From the IMG/VR virus record IMGVR_UViG_3300037264_003623, positions 45,084 through 109,083 of that record: a stretch of 64,000 nucleotides of DNA; one strand, given 5' to 3'. The translations under genes and the position numbers were made by a program. Under the pieces are notes generated by a model. The model saw only the letters and a list, made by a program, of their open reading frames with translations. It had not been told where the DNA came from and searched no databases. Shown here one piece after another: positions 61,251 through 64,000 of the stretch; position 1 is the stretch's first letter, and each line of letters starts with the position of its first letter. Source of the DNA: a virus.

Positions 61251-62943
61251 TGTCAGCTCGGCCAACGACATCCTGTTCTCCTTCGACGCGGTGTGCGAGA
61301 AGGCGTGGCAGGACGAGAAGGGCAAGATGTTCGTTCGGGCCGTGGCCTCCGACGACCGCCTCGACCTCCAGCGCGACCGCATGAGCGCCAATGCCCTGAA
61401 GAAGATGGCCGACGCCGCCAAGAAGGGCGTCCCCTTCCTGGAAACCCACCGCTCCGTGTTCGAGTTCGGGAAGACCGTGGGCGGAGACGTGGTGGACTTC
61501 GAGGAGGGCGGGAAGAAGGTCCAGAAGTTCGTGGTGGACGTCGAGCTCGACGGTGACTTCCCTCAGGCGAGGAAGCTCTTCAAGGAGGTCGCCGGGAACA
61601 CCTGCAAGCGCCAGCTCTCGATCGGCGGGAAGCTGAACCTCAAGAACAAGGAGGCCGTCCACGTCGAGATGACTCCGACCGGCCTTGCTCGCACGATCAA
61701 CGACCTCGACCTCGATCACATCGCCTCAACCAGGGAGAGCCAGGCGGCCAATCCGCGCACCTCTTTCACCGAGGCGATTTCCAAGGCTCTCGACGATGCG
61801 GAAAAAGGGCTTGCAAAAGAAAAAGGGGATGGTCAGAATGTAACGCAGATGCAGTTCTCGCCTGAGATGCTGGCTGCGTTGAAGAAAGTGATCGAGATAG
61901 CGCAAGTTGGAGGGAAGGACATGAACAAGGCTCCGGAGACACCGGCCACTCCGGCGACGCCCGCCGAGACTCCCACGACTCCCACCGAAACGGCCCCCAC
62001 GACCGAGATCGCCTCGAAGGCTGTGGGAACGCCCCGCAACACCGAGACACCGAAGACCCCGGCGACCCGGCCGGAGCAGACGGCCCTCACGCCCGAGGCC
62101 CCCAAGTTCGGCCAGATCAAGGGCAAGGACGCCGCCTCCGCCTCCGACCTCGCCAACGACATCGCGATCCTGCTCGCCAAGAAGAAGCCCTTCCCCGGCG
62201 CGGCCACTCCCTTCGGGTCCGAGGATTCCAAGGACTCCGAGGACGAGATGACCGACGAGGAGAAGGCGGTCGTCGACTCCCTGTGGGCGACGCGCTTCGT
62301 GCTGGCGAAGCAGGCATCCGGCGCGGAGCTGGGCGCGGGCGAGAAGGCCAAGGCATCCGACATCGTGGGCGCGGGCCCCTACGCTCCGCGCTCCGGCGCG
62401 AAGGGTCTCGCCGCCGGTCCGTTCATCCCGGACAAGGCCCCGAAGGGCGACACGACGGACATGGGGACGAGCGCGGTCACCGACCACCGGAAGAACATCC
62501 AGGTGGGCGGCGAGATCAAGTCGACGGCCCCGACCGCCAAGGACGCTCTCGACCTGACCCTCCGGAACGCCAAGGAGGCCGACAGGCTCCCGCAGGGAGT
62601 CGACCTCGTCTCCTTCGGCAAGACCCTCGGCGAGGAGATCATCTCCAAGAGCGCTGAGATCACCAAGTCCCTCGTGATCGATGCCATCGAGAGGGTGGCC
62701 TCCGATAGCGTCAAGTCCGCCACCGAGATCCAGAAGTCGGTCGCGGGTCTCGGGGATGTGGTCAACGATTCCTCGAAGCGACTCGCCGCGATGGAGTCCC
62801 GGCTCGCCAGGGTGGAGAAGGCCGGGGGCGTGAGCCAGAGCGGACCGAAGGGCAAGGAGGACGCCGCTCCCGAGAGGGCTCGCGGTGGCGTGTGGGGAGG
62901 ACTCTTCAACCGGGCCGCCAAGGACGCGCTGGCCCAGTACTGA
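61228..62943 (+). CDS. prohead protease (HK97-like) fused to scaffold
   Basis: VASDDRLDLQRD, ETH, LSIGG, DHIA..AANP; low-complexity and coiled-coil C-terminus. Confidence 0.85.
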   Translation: MEMDKVADVSSANDILFSFDAVCEKAWQDEKGKMFVRAVASDDRLDLQRDRMSANALKKMADAAKKGVPFLETHRSVFEFGKTVGGDVVDFEEGGKKVQKFVVDVELDGDFPQARKLFKEVAGNTCKRQLSIGGKLNLKNKEAVHVEMTPTGLARTINDLDLDHIASTRESQAANPRTSFTEAISKALDDAEKGLAKEKGDGQNVTQMQFSPEMLAALKKVIEIAQVGGKDMNKAPETPATPATPAETPTTPTETAPTTEIASKAVGTPRNTETPKTPATRPEQTALTPEAPKFGQIKGKDAASASDLANDIAILLAKKKPFPGAATPFGSEDSKDSEDEMTDEEKAVVDSLWATRFVLAKQASGAELGAGEKAKASDIVGAGPYAPRSGAKGLAAGPFIPDKAPKGDTTDMGTSAVTDHRKNIQVGGEIKSTAPTAKDALDLTLRNAKEADRLPQGVDLVSFGKTLGEEIISKSAEITKSLVIDAIERVASDSVKSATEIQKSVAGLGDVVNDSSKRLAAMESRLARVEKAGGVSQSGPKGKEDAAPERARGGVWGGLFNRAAKDALAQY

Positions 62944-63004
62944 GAGTCCGAATCGGAGAGGTCGCCCCGTGCGGGGCATAAGTCGAGAGTAAAGAGGAGG
63001 ATTC

Positions 63005-64000
63005 ATGGAAACGGCCACTCGCGGAAGAGGGGTCGGCGGGGTCAACGAGGACATGATCGAGAAGACGATCACCACGGGCGACCTGCTGACCGGCGGACTG
63101 CTGAACCCGATCCAGCAGACGCAGTTCATCACCCTGGTCAAGAAGTTCTCGGTTCTCCTTCCCATCTCCCGGTTCATCCGCATGCCCCGCCCGCTCATGG
63201 ACGTGGACAAGCTGTGGATCGGCGAGCCGGTGACGGAGTCGGTGGACGAGGCGACGGACACGGGCAACCTGGCCCGCGCCAAGTTCCAGCGCATCGTTCT
63301 CCGCGCCCAGAAGGTGCGGAGCGCCTGGAACATCACCACCGAGGTGCTCCAGGGCAACATCGAACAGAACGAGTTCGAGCAGACCGTGATGAACACGATG
63401 ATCGAGAGGATCGCGACCGACCTCGAAGATCTCGGCATCAACGGCGACACCACCACGGTCGGCACCACGCCCCGCGACCGGCTGCTCCGCCGCCTCAACG
63501 GCTGGAACCAGTCGACCGAGGGAGCGCACATCCTCGACGTCAAGGGCTCCAGCATCCAGAAGGGCATCTTCTCCGAGATGAAGCGCCGGATGCCGAAGCA
63601 GTACAAGAACGACCCGGGCCTGCGTTGGCTGGTCGGCGACGCCATCGCGACCGACTGGGCCGACGTGGTCTCGGACCGCGGCACGATCCTCGGCGACGCG
63701 GCCCTCCAGGGAGCCGAGATGTCCCCGCTGGGCACGCCGATGATCCGCGTCCCTCTGATCCCGGACGACGCCCCGATCACCATCCTCCAGGCGACCCGTG
63801 CGGAGTTCCTGGGCTCGGAGTACGGGCCGTTCGTCATCACCGCCGCCAACGACACGCTCCTCCTCCAGGTGGGCGGGGCACCCGGCCCCGGTGTCACCGT
63901 GGTCCTGACCCACGGCACCCTGAACACGGTCGAGATCGCTCGGCAGATCAACGCCGCCCTCAAGGCCGCCATCGCCACCCTGACCCAGGACGTGGCTCGC
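63005..64000 (+). CDS. major capsid protein (HK97 fold, partial)
   Basis: RBS GAGGAGG; IEK|TITTGDLLTGGLLNP, NIE, DLEDLGINGDT, MPKQY; read by eye because it has no stop in the window. Confidence 0.9.
   Translation, partial: METATRGRGVGGVNEDMIEKTITTGDLLTGGLLNPIQQTQFITLVKKFSVLLPISRFIRMPRPLMDVDKLWIGEPVTESVDEATDTGNLARAKFQRIVLRAQKVRSAWNITTEVLQGNIEQNEFEQTVMNTMIERIATDLEDLGINGDTTTVGTTPRDRLLRRLNGWNQSTEGAHILDVKGSSIQKGIFSEMKRRMPKQYKNDPGLRWLVGDAIATDWADVVSDRGTILGDAALQGAEMSPLGTPMIRVPLIPDDAPITILQATRAEFLGSEYGPFVITAANDTLLLQVGGAPGPGVTVVLTHGTLNTVEIARQINAALKAAIATLTQDVAR

Noticed and set aside
46992-63978. Long minus-strand ORFs (e.g. 46992..49040, 61726..63978)
   Set aside because: Antisense shadows of GC3-rich plus-strand genes with no motifs or RBS

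Overview
A 64 kb segment of a large, high-GC tailed dsDNA phage (or prophage); almost all genes are on the + strand. Layout: (1) 1-6.7 kb, predicted head-cargo/effector genes (HipA/PI3-PI4K-like kinase with cognate small partner genes, a JAB-motif protein, polyprotein-like ORFs); (2) 6.7-37.5 kb, early/accessory region of many small ORFs driven by about 10 copies of one conserved sigma70-type promoter, including RNase HII, a sigma factor, a DNA methyltransferase, a WGR-DNA ligase, 9 intact tRNAs, one split tRNA-Leu, two structured ncRNA candidates and four free-standing homing endonucleases; (3) 37.7-45 kb, ParB-like gene, small terminase and large terminase with three inteins; (4) 45-58 kb, more tagged cargo genes, a second kinase with a HAD-phosphatase/partner fusion, fibre-like virion genes and a DUF2589 pair; (5) 58-64 kb, intein-containing portal, prohead protease-scaffold and the major capsid protein (truncated by the window). 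Main candidate novel systems: (a) virion cargo proteins built from units of [ILVM]-x-K (the same site that ends the capsid protein leader, so a likely prohead-protease site) followed by one of two short conserved tags (GTSEGAKKGWETRR or a W/F..HPR..GRF type); (b) about 16 unrelated early proteins sharing one C-terminal helical tag; (c) a tRNA-Leu split at its anticodon loop by a cassette carrying another tRNA and an HNH gene. All calls are from reading the sequence by eye; no database searches were run.
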